Positions 43,582 through 53,395 of a stretch of 64,000 bases of DNA are shown one piece after another; the stretch's first letter is position 1; each line of letters starts with the position of its first letter. The translations under genes were made by a program, and so were the position numbers. The notes beneath the pieces were generated by a model. That model did no database searches, was not told the origin of the DNA, and saw nothing but the letters and a program-made list of their open reading frames with translations. Source of the DNA: an uncultured Verrucomicrobiae bacterium (GTDB taxonomy: Bacteria > Verrucomicrobiota > Verrucomicrobiia > Limisphaerales > Palsa-1400); NCBI GenBank assembly GCA_963702845.1, contig OY969763.1:64001-128000 (forward strand), written 5' to 3'.

Positions 43582-45724
43582 AGATTAGTTTTAGTTGCGT
43601 CATTATTGCTTCGGTTTTGGATTGTGCTTCACTTGAATACTTGTTTACGTCGAGAAAGTTGTCGCTTGACGCGTTGATACGCACGAGTTCGTCCAAAATG
43701 GACTGCCGGATTTGGGAGACGTTTGGAATCGTTTCGGGGGCCACTTCTTTGAGGCGGGCAAATGCTTTTGAGTAGATTTCTTGTTCGATGGCGAGCGAAT
43801 GGCGGAGAATCTCCAAGAAGACGAGGACCTGCCGGGCTTTGTGTCTAATCATTTCCTTCGTGTGATTGATGTGCTCTCGCCCGCTTTCCACGAGATAGCC
43901 ATAGTGTTTGATTGTCGAAAACGGTATGGCAAATATGTCGGCGACCTCTCTAGGAACATAAAGGTGAAAGTCGTCGACTATCAGTTGGAGGTAAACAAAG
44001 GTGTCGAACACGCTTTTACAACAGTGTTCGCCACGTGGAGACAAAGAAATGGCACTAATCCGCAATTTGTGTTTGTGGTGGGGATGCAGTGACCTAGTGA
44101 CGGAAAGGGTGTTTGAGCAGTCTGCGTTGGAAAGGCTTCCGAGGAGAAGGCGGCATAGCTTAGGGCTATAAAATCCGACATCGTTGTCTGCCAAAATACG
44201 GAGGATGTTTTCGGTTGCACATGTCCCTTCTTTTGCAAGAAGTTCGCAAATGAGGCGCTTTAACCAGTAGCTGTGGTTCATCTCAACGTCTTTGGGATCC
44301 TGCGTTGCGGTTGGCAGGTGGCGCGCAAGGTAAATATTCGGAAACTTTGACGTGAACTGCGAATACAGCGCAAGCTCGCCGAGAATGAACGAGATGAGTG
44401 CGACGGGTTGGCGGTGCGTGAATTGTTCGAGCATGGAACTTGGGTCATTGTCGGTTCCGTGCTTACTCCATCCGTAACGTGAGAAATAATCCATCAGTTG
44501 GCGGTAACCGTGATTACATAGCTTGTACAAGGAATCCACAACGGAGTTCTGTTCGTCCAAAAGTTCGGAACTAATTCTCCTAGTGACGGCTGCGAAGTGC
44601 TTACGCCTTCCTTCGATCGTTTGGAGGCCGGAAGCAAATTCGAGGAGTGGAATACGAGACCGAACTACTGTTCTCAACGCCGCGGCTTTGAGCACGTAGG
44701 CGTCTCGCTGAAGGGGCTGCGCGATGGACGGCTGTAACGAGGTGCCGTTGGCGAGATCGCAGAGTATGTCATACGTATCCGTGCGCGAGACGAAAAGGAT
44801 ATTAGCACCGATGCTGCCGAGTGCCATGTCGTGTGAGAACACCAGAAGGCAGCGAATCATTTCCTCGATATACGCTTCATCTCCCGTGGTATCGTCGGAA
44901 TCAAATAAGTTACTGTCGCGATGATGAATGTACTTGTCGACATTGTCGATTATGACGGTGAGTCTGCGGCCAGTGTGCTGGTAGATTGAGCGAATTAGAG
45001 CTGTGAGGGCTTCGGTTCCTTGGGTTTTGATGACGGGGCGTGCGAAGCCGCTGCGCTCAGAAGCTGCAGGTGGAAATGCGAGCGGCATGTGTTTGACGAA
45101 CTCGTCATACAGGGGCTTTACCTCTTTATGTTCGACAAGGAACGAGTGCTTTTTGAATACGTCTCGGGCGTGGTCGGCCAAACGGGATACAAAATCTTCA
45201 GCTGTGACGTCGACTACAGATCCTTGACTGTAGTCTTCTATATCGGCTCGCAAGAACCACATTAACGCTTTTTCGATATGAGGTTTGAAGGTGTTCGTGA
45301 TGAGGTAGTTTACAAATGCGGTTTTGCCGATACCGACGTCGCCGAGAAGGTACCTTACTCGGTTTCTATATTCAAAAGGGCCGTGAATGAAAGTGTCGTT
45401 GACGAAGTCGCTGAGTGTTACTTCTGAACCGACATGAGTTTGAGAGTGGAGAACCCGCGGCGGAACATAACATTTTTCGTAAAAGAAATGTGCCATCTTC
45501 TGGGTGTCCGTCCATTCGGACGTCGGCTTATCTGTGTATACCCCGACTTGGTGGCCGAATACTTTTCGAGTGAGGGCGAGGTATTCTTTAAACGCGGGGT
45601 TGCTGTCAAGAGAAACCAGAGGCGTGCGGTGGTAAATTGACGCTGTGCGCTCTTTGAACAGGTGATACTGAGTTCTTGGAGTTTCGGTTGCGTTTTGCAT
45701 TTGGGGAGTTAGTGGTCGATTCAT
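43568..45724 (-). CDS. Large P-loop NTPase of unknown family
   Basis: Walker A LLGDVGIGKT, Walker B LTVIIDNVD, ILFVSR sensor; long helical C-terminus. Confidence 0.8.
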   Translation of the reverse strand: MNRPLTPQMQNATETPRTQYHLFKERTASIYHRTPLVSLDSNPAFKEYLALTRKVFGHQVGVYTDKPTSEWTDTQKMAHFFYEKCYVPPRVLHSQTHVGSEVTLSDFVNDTFIHGPFEYRNRVRYLLGDVGIGKTAFVNYLITNTFKPHIEKALMWFLRADIEDYSQGSVVDVTAEDFVSRLADHARDVFKKHSFLVEHKEVKPLYDEFVKHMPLAFPPAASERSGFARPVIKTQGTEALTALIRSIYQHTGRRLTVIIDNVDKYIHHRDSNLFDSDDTTGDEAYIEEMIRCLLVFSHDMALGSIGANILFVSRTDTYDILCDLANGTSLQPSIAQPLQRDAYVLKAAALRTVVRSRIPLLEFASGLQTIEGRRKHFAAVTRRISSELLDEQNSVVDSLYKLCNHGYRQLMDYFSRYGWSKHGTDNDPSSMLEQFTHRQPVALISFILGELALYSQFTSKFPNIYLARHLPTATQDPKDVEMNHSYWLKRLICELLAKEGTCATENILRILADNDVGFYSPKLCRLLLGSLSNADCSNTLSVTRSLHPHHKHKLRISAISLSPRGEHCCKSVFDTFVYLQLIVDDFHLYVPREVADIFAIPFSTIKHYGYLVESGREHINHTKEMIRHKARQVLVFLEILRHSLAIEQEIYSKAFARLKEVAPETIPNVSQIRQSILDELVRINASSDNFLDVNKYSSEAQSKTEAIMTQLKLIYGIA

Positions 45725-45978
45725 GCGGCGATGCAGACAGCGCCTTGTTTGATGGAGGCTATGCGCAGGCGAAACAGCGTTCGGTTGCGAGTTGGTTTGG
45801 TGCTTCTTCTAAAACCGCAGGTCATTTGCATAGGAGCCGTTTCCATGGGGCTCGTGGAAGTCCACTTATTACGAGCCGACGTCACATTTAGGGACAGCGT
45901 GATTATGAGTTTGTTTATGCTTCTGTCAACTGAACTTGATGAAATCGTAAAAGTCTGATTGGCGGGACTGTTATGCAT
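45721..45978 (-). CDS. Small basic hypothetical protein
   Basis: 85 aa; its stop overlaps the ATPase start (ATGA), suggesting translational coupling. Confidence 0.4.
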   Translation of the reverse strand: MHNSPANQTFTISSSSVDRSINKLIITLSLNVTSARNKWTSTSPMETAPMQMTCGFRRSTKPTRNRTLFRLRIASIKQGAVCIAA

Positions 45979-46200
45979 GGTAAGCCACGAAATTAGAACG
46001 AAGGCCGAAAAATCGATCGATGTGCGTGCATCCGTCACGCGTAATGCTTTTTGAGAGAGATGCAGCTGTACTGCCGGCGCTGGAGGCCACGTGCACGAAA
46101 AGGAAATAGCCGCCGCGCCGGTCGCACTTTGCAATGCAGAGAGCAACGGTGTTTCGAGAGTTGCAGGATGGCGGTGTTAGGCTCATCGTTTGTCGCGATT

Positions 46201-47517
46201 ATGGAAATCGTTTATTGCGTGATCTGCTTTGCGGCAGGAGCCGTGGTTGCGGGTTTTATGGTAGCGTCACGATACAGGGCGGAATTGCAGTTTATGCAGG
46301 AAAGGAAGACGACCTTGGAGGGCGAGCGGGATAAGGAAAAAGGCGACTTGGCGGCGGCTCAAAGTGAAGTCGTCAGACTGACGGGAGGATTAGCAGCAGC
46401 GAGTGCGAACCTGAGTAATGCGGAGAGCCGACTGAAGGATTACGGCAAGGAAGTGGAGCAGATGCAGGGAAGATTAAAGATCGAGTTTGAGAACCTAGCA
46501 AACCGAATTCTGGATGAGAAATCTTCAAAGTTCACAACACAAAACCAAACGAACCTAGACCTATTGCTGACGCCGCTCCGGCATCAGATAGCCGAGTTCA
46601 AATCCAAGGTGGAAACAGTCCATACTGAGGACCAGACCGATCGGGCGGTTTTACGGTCGCAAATCGAATTATTGAATACGGCAAGCGTTGAGATGACCGG
46701 CGAAGCGAAGAATTTGACATTGGCGCTGAAAGGGGATTCGAAGACTCAGGGAAACTGGGGCGAGCTGATCTTGGAGAAGGTGCTCGAGAGTTCCGGCCTG
46801 ACCAAGGGGGTGGAGTTCACTGTTCAGGGGTCCTTAAAGGACGAGGCTGGCGCGAATTTGCGTCCGGACATAGTTATCTGCTTGCCTGATGACAGACACT
46901 TTGTGGTGGATTCCAAGGTTTCACTGACGGCCTACGAGCGCTACTACAGCGAAGGTGACACTGAGCAGCGGCAGAGGATTCTCAAGGAACATGTGTTTTC
47001 AGTGCGGAAGCACGTTAAGGAACTGGCTGAAAAGAAATACCAGGACCTTTATCAAATCACGACGCCCGATTTCGTTTTCATGTTTGTTCCGATCGAGCCC
47101 GCGCTGAGTTGCGCCCTGCACGCGGACAGCGCCTTATTCAACGATACTTTTGAGCAGAAGGTGATCTTAGTGACGCCGTCGACCTTGCTGGCCACTCTCA
47201 GGACCGTGGCACATATTTGGAAACAGGAAAAACAGACACGTAATGCAAAGGAGATAGCCCGCAAAAGCGGTGCGTTGTATGACAAGTTCGTTGGTCTTTA
47301 TGATGATCTGTTGAAGATAGGTGCGCACCTCGAGGCAACAACCAAGGTTTACCACGATGCCCTCGGCAAGCTAAAGGATGGTCGCGGCAACCTGATTAAG
47401 AGTGCTGAAGACATCAGAATGCTCGGAGCAAAAGCGGACAAGAGGCTGCCGGACGCTTTGGTGCAGGAGGTAGGTGAAAGGGCCTTGGCCGCTGGAGATG
47501 ATCATGTCCGAGAATGA
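46201..47517 (+). CDS. rmuC: DNA recombination protein RmuC
   Basis: N-terminal TM, coiled coil, KTQGNWGE..LE..LE.SGL, RPD.VI.LP, VDSKVSL, PDFVFMFVPIE, TPSTLLATL. Confidence 0.95.
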   Translation: MEIVYCVICFAAGAVVAGFMVASRYRAELQFMQERKTTLEGERDKEKGDLAAAQSEVVRLTGGLAAASANLSNAESRLKDYGKEVEQMQGRLKIEFENLANRILDEKSSKFTTQNQTNLDLLLTPLRHQIAEFKSKVETVHTEDQTDRAVLRSQIELLNTASVEMTGEAKNLTLALKGDSKTQGNWGELILEKVLESSGLTKGVEFTVQGSLKDEAGANLRPDIVICLPDDRHFVVDSKVSLTAYERYYSEGDTEQRQRILKEHVFSVRKHVKELAEKKYQDLYQITTPDFVFMFVPIEPALSCALHADSALFNDTFEQKVILVTPSTLLATLRTVAHIWKQEKQTRNAKEIARKSGALYDKFVGLYDDLLKIGAHLEATTKVYHDALGKLKDGRGNLIKSAEDIRMLGAKADKRLPDALVQEVGERALAAGDDHVRE

Positions 47518-48039
47518 AAAAAGACAGGCACTCCTGTCTTTAGGGGAAAAGATCCGCTCACGTGAGAACTGGTGGCTTTATCCAGCCGAACCAGACGTCG
47601 AGGGTTTCTTGGGCACTGATCCAATTTTCATTGTAGGTGACCAACCATCTACCGCCGCGTGGGAGTATGAGCATCCGCATCGGCGTGCCTTTTATGATTG
47701 CTTGTCACATTGGGCGCTGGCGGTTCGCACTTAACAGACGTTTACAAACGCCGAGGGTTCTCGGGCGAACTGCGAAACGGGCTACCGGATGACTTTGATG
47801 AGCATCTGGAAATATTCCGTGAGGAAGTGAAACTCCTCAACCCAACAACAATCTTGGCATTGGGTCGGGACGCTTATGGACTTCTGCTGAAGCATACGCC
47901 TTACTTAACCAACCGGATCATGCGCGTATGGCATTTCGGAACTGTGCGGCACGGCAAGCTTGAGGAATTTCAGGCGAGACTGCGACACGGAATCGTTACC
48001 GCGCGGCGTAGAATGAAGCTTGGGAGAAACGGCGATTGA
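47504..48039 (+). CDS. Uracil-DNA-glycosylase-like protein (frameshift near 47700)
   Basis: IFIVGDQPS, HLTDVYK, EEVKLLNPTTILALGRDA, VWHF follow the UDG superfamily layout. Confidence 0.65.
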
Positions 48040-48121
48040 GTTGATCCAAGGCATGGTGTCGGTTATCCGCTGCCGGCGCTAGAGGCTGGGTGCATGAAAA
48101 TGTAATACCCTCGCTGCGGCC

Positions 48122-48658
48122 CTAGTCCGTTTTGGGTTGCACGGGAATTGGGTTCAGACGAACCTTCTTATATATCTTATCCCACTCGATTGGTTTTATC
48201 GGTTGTAGAAAGTTTTTAAAACAAATCTCGAGCGCAGTTTTCATCTCTGGCTCACGTTGCAATATCGCGAGACTGAATTCCGCTCTGATAGCAGAGTTTT
48301 TCGTCATAGCCAACCTCTGCAGGGCTTCCGCTCGAACCTCGTTAAAAATCCGAACAGCATTTGCAGAAGGTAGTTTGTTTACCGCCGCGAACTCTGTAGC
48401 TGACATGCGAAAACGGAATTCATATTTGCCGATGCGCACCAAGGTGCTCCTAAGGTGTCGTTCGATGAAGTTTGCTGCCTCGATTTTTACCTGCGCCGCA
48501 TACTTTTTCCCCAAACTCCCATTGAATATGTCAAACGATCTGATCCTGAGTTCGTAGGAACCACCGTTGGGATGCGGTTCGGAAAACGATTCTCGGTAGT
48601 GGGCCTTTTGGGTTTTGTCCTGACGATTGTGATCTTCGCGCTGGAACTTCCAATCCAT
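48122..48658 (-). CDS. Hypothetical protein
   Basis: 178-aa ATG ORF filling the gap; no motif recognised. Confidence 0.5.
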   Translation of the reverse strand: MDWKFQREDHNRQDKTQKAHYRESFSEPHPNGGSYELRIRSFDIFNGSLGKKYAAQVKIEAANFIERHLRSTLVRIGKYEFRFRMSATEFAAVNKLPSANAVRIFNEVRAEALQRLAMTKNSAIRAEFSLAILQREPEMKTALEICFKNFLQPIKPIEWDKIYKKVRLNPIPVQPKTD

Positions 48659-48778
48659 GTTGGGAGGCTAGTTGACACGAGAACAAAGAGTCGAGAGTTG
48701 AATTAGGCGGCTGCGGGCTCACTGCAAACGCGTGTTGCCCGATGCCCCAACAAGGCCTAGCATTCGGTGCAGATAACT

Positions 48779-49678
48779 ATGACTGCGGCAGAATTGTTGG
48801 AGAAATTGGGTAAGGTGACAGTCTGGAAACGCGGAGGTGAGCGTGCTCCGCACAAGCCGCTCTTGATCCTGTTGGCAGTCGGGCGGATTGCGCAAAACAA
48901 GCCCAGGTTGATGCGGTTCGCTGAGGTCGAGGAACCGCTCCGGCAGTTGTTGATAGAGTTTGGTCCCCGCAGAAAATCATATCACCCGGAATACCCGTTC
49001 TGGTATTTGCGCAATAATGGCATTTGGGAAATTCCTGATGCCGGAGATGTGGCCCTTAAAAAGAACCATCGAGACCCAAAGCTTGATGATATTCGAAGAT
49101 TCAGCGGCGGATTTTTACCCGAGGCCTACGAAGTTCTGCACAAACATCCAGGATTGCAAAGGGAGGCGGCCACGGAAATCTTGAAGGCGAATTTCCCAGA
49201 TTCTCTTCACGAGGAAATTCTCAGCGCCATCGGAATTAGTCGCGAAGATGCGGAAACGAAGCGCAAGAAGCGCAATCCAGAATTCCGCTTGCTGGTAATG
49301 CGTGCTTACCAGCACAAATGTGCGATATGCGGATTCGATATGCGATTAGGAGCGTCCGGTTTGGGTCTCGAAGCGGCCCACATTCAGTGGCATCAGGCAG
49401 GTGGCCCGGATAGCGTAGATAACGGCCTTTGTCTTTGGACCATGCATCATCATCTTTTTGACCGCGGGGCGTTCGGGCTCACGAATAGAGGACAAATTGT
49501 GGTCAGCGAAGAAGTCCATGGCTCCAGCGGGATTGATGAATGGTTGCTCCGCTTCGAAGGACAGCGACTAAAGAAGCCACAGCGGGAGAGCTATCTTCCT
49601 AAACAAGAGTTCATGGACTGGCACCGGACGGAAGTATTTAAATCACCAGCGCGCGAAACGCTTAAGGCCGGCGTTTAG
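48779..49678 (+). CDS. SBD-HNH (phosphorothioate-binding-domain) restriction endonuclease-like protein
   Basis: RAPHKPLLIL...PEYPFWYL....IWE (sulfur-binding domain pattern) plus FRLLVMRAY..KCAICG...EAAHI...NGLCL..MHH.LFDRG (HNH). Confidence 0.85.
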   Translation: MTAAELLEKLGKVTVWKRGGERAPHKPLLILLAVGRIAQNKPRLMRFAEVEEPLRQLLIEFGPRRKSYHPEYPFWYLRNNGIWEIPDAGDVALKKNHRDPKLDDIRRFSGGFLPEAYEVLHKHPGLQREAATEILKANFPDSLHEEILSAIGISREDAETKRKKRNPEFRLLVMRAYQHKCAICGFDMRLGASGLGLEAAHIQWHQAGGPDSVDNGLCLWTMHHHLFDRGAFGLTNRGQIVVSEEVHGSSGIDEWLLRFEGQRLKKPQRESYLPKQEFMDWHRTEVFKSPARETLKAGV

Positions 49679-49693
49679 GAAATTAAGAGAGTC

Positions 49694-50956
49694 ATGCAGG
49701 TTCATTTTCAACACTGGGATTACGAGATTCCGAGCGATTTACTCATGCGCTACGGCAGCCCGTTCTTTTCGAGGCCAGATGCGGGTGCGGCGTTAAGAGA
49801 GGCGCTAATACGCGGGGCTTCCCTCGTAGGGACTCACTCAATCCCAATTCGAGAGGCGCAGGTCATATGTTGCAACGAGGCTTTTCCGGAAGCCGCAGTG
49901 GCTGACCCTTTGGCTGATTTGCGCGTGTGGACTGAGTGGGAGAATGGGCATCGTGTGTTTCCATACCCCGGCCGTTTCAGCCGGCTCGGTCTAACCAAGC
50001 AGGAGGGAAAAACCTCCAGCCCATCGAGTGTCGGGGTCCTTGGCGAAATTCTTGCAGGTATATTCGCGCAATCGTTCATCGCGCCGCAGGTGTTGGTGCG
50101 TTGCATTCGTCATTGGCCGGACTTTATTTTTTATGCTGGCGGTGACATTTACTCATTCGTCGAATCGAAGGCGTTTACCGGTGCTTCTAAAGGGAACAAA
50201 TTGGTAGATCGCGTCCCTGATCCGCTGATTCGCGATGCGATGTGCGATGCAGTTCAGCAGTTAAATGCAGATCCACACCTGGAGATTTGGAGTTCTTTCA
50301 CTGGTGTCGTGGAAATTGACCCAGCTTTTTCGGTGACTGTAACAATGTTGCGGCTCTTTCCTTCGCAACAGCGCCGCAACGCAAACCCTCGGGCTATCTT
50401 ACCGCAACCGGTGGTGCGTGGAGTCGCTGAACGTGCGGTTGCGCTAGCGGCGCTCGGTCTTTCGGCAGAAGAGCTCCAGCTGCTCGGTAGCAAGGCTGGA
50501 AAGGGATTGTATTTCGTGCCGGGTACGAGAATTACGAAGGAAGATTTGCAGCGACTTGTACGCACGAATGCGTTAAAACAGGCCGAAATCGTGTTGGCAG
50601 AAATGGCTCAAGACGCAGCCGTCAGTGGATCGCGTCGGGACATCGAATCTGAGATCGAGCTTTTGATCCGAAACTATCGAGTGAATGAGTCATCTGTCGG
50701 AAAGCGATTTTTTGAGATTAAGCAAGGGGGCGAATTATCAGTCCTCCAGCGGGTGAGGAGAGCCGCTGATGAGTGGATATTCATGGCAAACTTAGCGGGA
50801 ACTGACCTCGCCCGCTTTGAAGCAAAGTGGCACGCGGATTGGAGTAAAGCGGGTGAGCCTGCGACGACCATTGATGGCCATGGCGCGTGGCGAGCTGGCG
50901 GCGCGGCGTACGTGTTAGGGCCAGCGAATATTGAAGGTTCCCCCGTTTTGCTTTGA
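49694..50956 (+). CDS. Putative PD-(D/E)xK nuclease
   Basis: GVLGEILA ... WPDFIF ... FVESKA spacing fits a PD-(D/E)xK active site; the rest is unrecognised. Confidence 0.6.
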   Translation: MQVHFQHWDYEIPSDLLMRYGSPFFSRPDAGAALREALIRGASLVGTHSIPIREAQVICCNEAFPEAAVADPLADLRVWTEWENGHRVFPYPGRFSRLGLTKQEGKTSSPSSVGVLGEILAGIFAQSFIAPQVLVRCIRHWPDFIFYAGGDIYSFVESKAFTGASKGNKLVDRVPDPLIRDAMCDAVQQLNADPHLEIWSSFTGVVEIDPAFSVTVTMLRLFPSQQRRNANPRAILPQPVVRGVAERAVALAALGLSAEELQLLGSKAGKGLYFVPGTRITKEDLQRLVRTNALKQAEIVLAEMAQDAAVSGSRRDIESEIELLIRNYRVNESSVGKRFFEIKQGGELSVLQRVRRAADEWIFMANLAGTDLARFEAKWHADWSKAGEPATTIDGHGAWRAGGAAYVLGPANIEGSPVLL

Positions 50957-50967
50957 TCATATCTAAG

Positions 50968-52098
50968 ATGATTTACCTCGATCACAATGCCACGACGCCT
51001 GTAGCACCGGAAGTTGTCGAAGCAATGATGCCGTATCTGACGGCTGAATGGGGCAATCCGTCGAGTAGCTACAAATTTGGAGCAAAGTTAAAATCAGTTG
51101 TCGAGGCAGCGCGGGGCCAGGTAGCTGAACTGCTGGGCGCGAACCCGGGCGAAGTGCTTTTCACGTCTTGCGCGACGGAAAGTAACAATGCTGCGATTCA
51201 CGCCGCGCTCAAGGCAAACCCTGGGAAGCGGCATATTATAACGTCGGCGGTCGAGCATTCATCCGTGCTTAATTACTGCATTGCGCTGGAAAAGGAGGGT
51301 GTCAAGGTCACCTACTTGCCTGTGGATCGCGAAGGTTTGCTCAAGATCGCAGACCTGGAAGCGGCGATCTCCGATGAAACGGCTGTGGTGTCGCTGATGT
51401 GGGCAAATAACGAAACTGGCGTCTTATTCCCATTACCGGCAATTGCTGATGTGTGTAAAGCGCGAGGCGTATCATTCCACTGCGATGCGGTTCAGGCTGC
51501 GGGCAAGGTGGAGATCAATTTGCAGAAGGTCCCAGTCGATTACCTATCGGTGACTGGACACAAATTCGGCGCGCCTAAAGGAATCGGGGCGCTATTTGTG
51601 CGTCGCAAAGTGCCATTCTCGCCGCTAATCCACGGCGGACATCAAGAGCGAGGACGTCGCGGAGGCACGGAAGCGATGCCGTTGCTGGTCGGCTTGGGCA
51701 AGGCGGCAGAACTGGCGCGCAAGAAACTGTCTGATTATAACGGGCTGGTCCGCCCGCTCCGAGACGCATTGGAGTGCGGGATTCTGTCTTCGGTTCCCTA
51801 CACAGAGTTAAATGGTCACAAGATCCATCGCCTTGCGAATACCACAAATATTACCTTCCAAGGCATAGAATCTGAGGCGTTATTAATGTTATTAGATCAG
51901 GAAGGAATTTGTGCTTCGTCGGGTTCAGCGTGCTTAGCTGATTCGAGCGAGGCGTCCCATGTTATCAAAGCCATGAAGCCCGACACACGCTCTTCACGTC
52001 AGATGGTTCGATTTTCTTTCGGGTGTCAGCATTCAGAATTGGACGTGGAACAAACCCTCGCTAAAATAAATACCGCCGTAAGCGCCTTGCGCCCATGA
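50968..52098 (+). CDS. iscS: Cysteine desulfurase (IscS/NifS type; probable DndA role)
   Basis: IYLDHNATT, GNPSS, ANNETG, HCDAVQ, GHKFGAPKG, SSGSAC. Confidence 0.9.
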   Translation: MIYLDHNATTPVAPEVVEAMMPYLTAEWGNPSSSYKFGAKLKSVVEAARGQVAELLGANPGEVLFTSCATESNNAAIHAALKANPGKRHIITSAVEHSSVLNYCIALEKEGVKVTYLPVDREGLLKIADLEAAISDETAVVSLMWANNETGVLFPLPAIADVCKARGVSFHCDAVQAAGKVEINLQKVPVDYLSVTGHKFGAPKGIGALFVRRKVPFSPLIHGGHQERGRRGGTEAMPLLVGLGKAAELARKKLSDYNGLVRPLRDALECGILSSVPYTELNGHKIHRLANTTNITFQGIESEALLMLLDQEGICASSGSACLADSSEASHVIKAMKPDTRSSRQMVRFSFGCQHSELDVEQTLAKINTAVSALRP

Positions 52099-52117
52099 GC
52101 TTTGCTGGTGGAGTGCA

Positions 52118-53395
52118 TCATGTTATTAAGCCACCCATGCCAATCAATTTCTCTTTCAGTGTATTTTGCATCACGCCAAGCTTTTCGATCTCCTTGGGGG
52201 TGAACATCTCCGCTCTAAATTTCGCGTATAGGTCGTTTTGAATTCCGCCACCACCGGTTTTCGGCGGGTTTGCCACGTCGTCGGGCGGAGCCTTGCGCCA
52301 TCTTTCCACTACAAGCTTATAGCTGTCCATCAACTGTTCGGGTCCGCCTGCCAAGAGGATGTCGTCGTGCAAGATCCGCATGATTACGGCAACCCCATTA
52401 TTTTTCCACAGGAGGGATCTTGAATTTGCAAATTGATCAACCAATGCAGCCTGAATAGCGCGAATGTACAGAATAAGTAGCGACGCGCATCCTGCTGGAT
52501 CAGATTCTTTGAAAAAGCTGTAGAGTAGTGGCAAAACTTTTAAACGGCGTGTGAAGGTTTTGGGTTCAACTAGGGCTGCTAAGTATTCGACGACTGCTGC
52601 CTGCGAGATGAGGCCGACATCTCCGGGCCCTCGCATCTTGATCTTGGCCTGCCACGGGGACTCCTCGAAGCGATTGAGGATGCGCGCCACGTGACTGCAG
52701 AACCGTGAAACTGCCATTAGTCCTTCGTAAAGTTTTTCGTCTTTCGTCCCGCCGAGTGGAGCATACCCAAACAGGTCAAAGATAATCGATCTGTTAACCG
52801 GCTTCTGCCGGCCGTTGATAACGGCAAAGATCTCGGCCTGTTGGTAGAATGGTATTTCCACGAGGAATGTCACGACAACGCTCATTCGGCTGCGGATTTC
52901 ATTTTTCAGGTATCGAAATCCTTCAACCCGATGTTGTCCGTCTAGAATAACCGCTGATTTCTCCTCTCTCGGCAACACGATCGTTAGGTGGCCGTTGGCA
53001 CCGGATTTGATGATTTCGGGCTCATCAAAGCCAAGGTCAACGGCCAGAATTATCGAATTGGGGAGAAGGGCATCCGGTTGTTCAAGATACTCAGCAATCT
53101 TTTGCGCTCTCTTAGCATCGACGAAGCGCTGGTATTGTTGTCGGGGTTCTTCGCTCAAGAGTTCCTCGGCTCGGCGTTGAAATTTTGGCGAATCGAGCGC
53201 GCTAATCAGCTTATCTAGTTGGTCCTCTTTCAGTTCAACCGGTTGGAACGATTCACGCGCGAATACGCCCGTTTCGACTGGCTTATAGAGCGGGCGGCAA
53301 ATGCATAGCAGATCGTTTACGGGGACGGTTGCCACGTAGAATGTTGCCGCAGGCTGAGAAACGCGAAGAATAGGTGCTCGGAATGGTATTTTCAT
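52118..53395 (-). CDS. DGQHR-domain (DndB-like/ParB-fold) protein
   Basis: YQRFVD.KR..KIAEYL, LPNSIILA, ILDGQHR, F..IN..QKPV..S. Confidence 0.9.
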   Translation of the reverse strand: MKIPFRAPILRVSQPAATFYVATVPVNDLLCICRPLYKPVETGVFARESFQPVELKEDQLDKLISALDSPKFQRRAEELLSEEPRQQYQRFVDAKRAQKIAEYLEQPDALLPNSIILAVDLGFDEPEIIKSGANGHLTIVLPREEKSAVILDGQHRVEGFRYLKNEIRSRMSVVVTFLVEIPFYQQAEIFAVINGRQKPVNRSIIFDLFGYAPLGGTKDEKLYEGLMAVSRFCSHVARILNRFEESPWQAKIKMRGPGDVGLISQAAVVEYLAALVEPKTFTRRLKVLPLLYSFFKESDPAGCASLLILYIRAIQAALVDQFANSRSLLWKNNGVAVIMRILHDDILLAGGPEQLMDSYKLVVERWRKAPPDDVANPPKTGGGGIQNDLYAKFRAEMFTPKEIEKLGVMQNTLKEKLIGMGGLIT

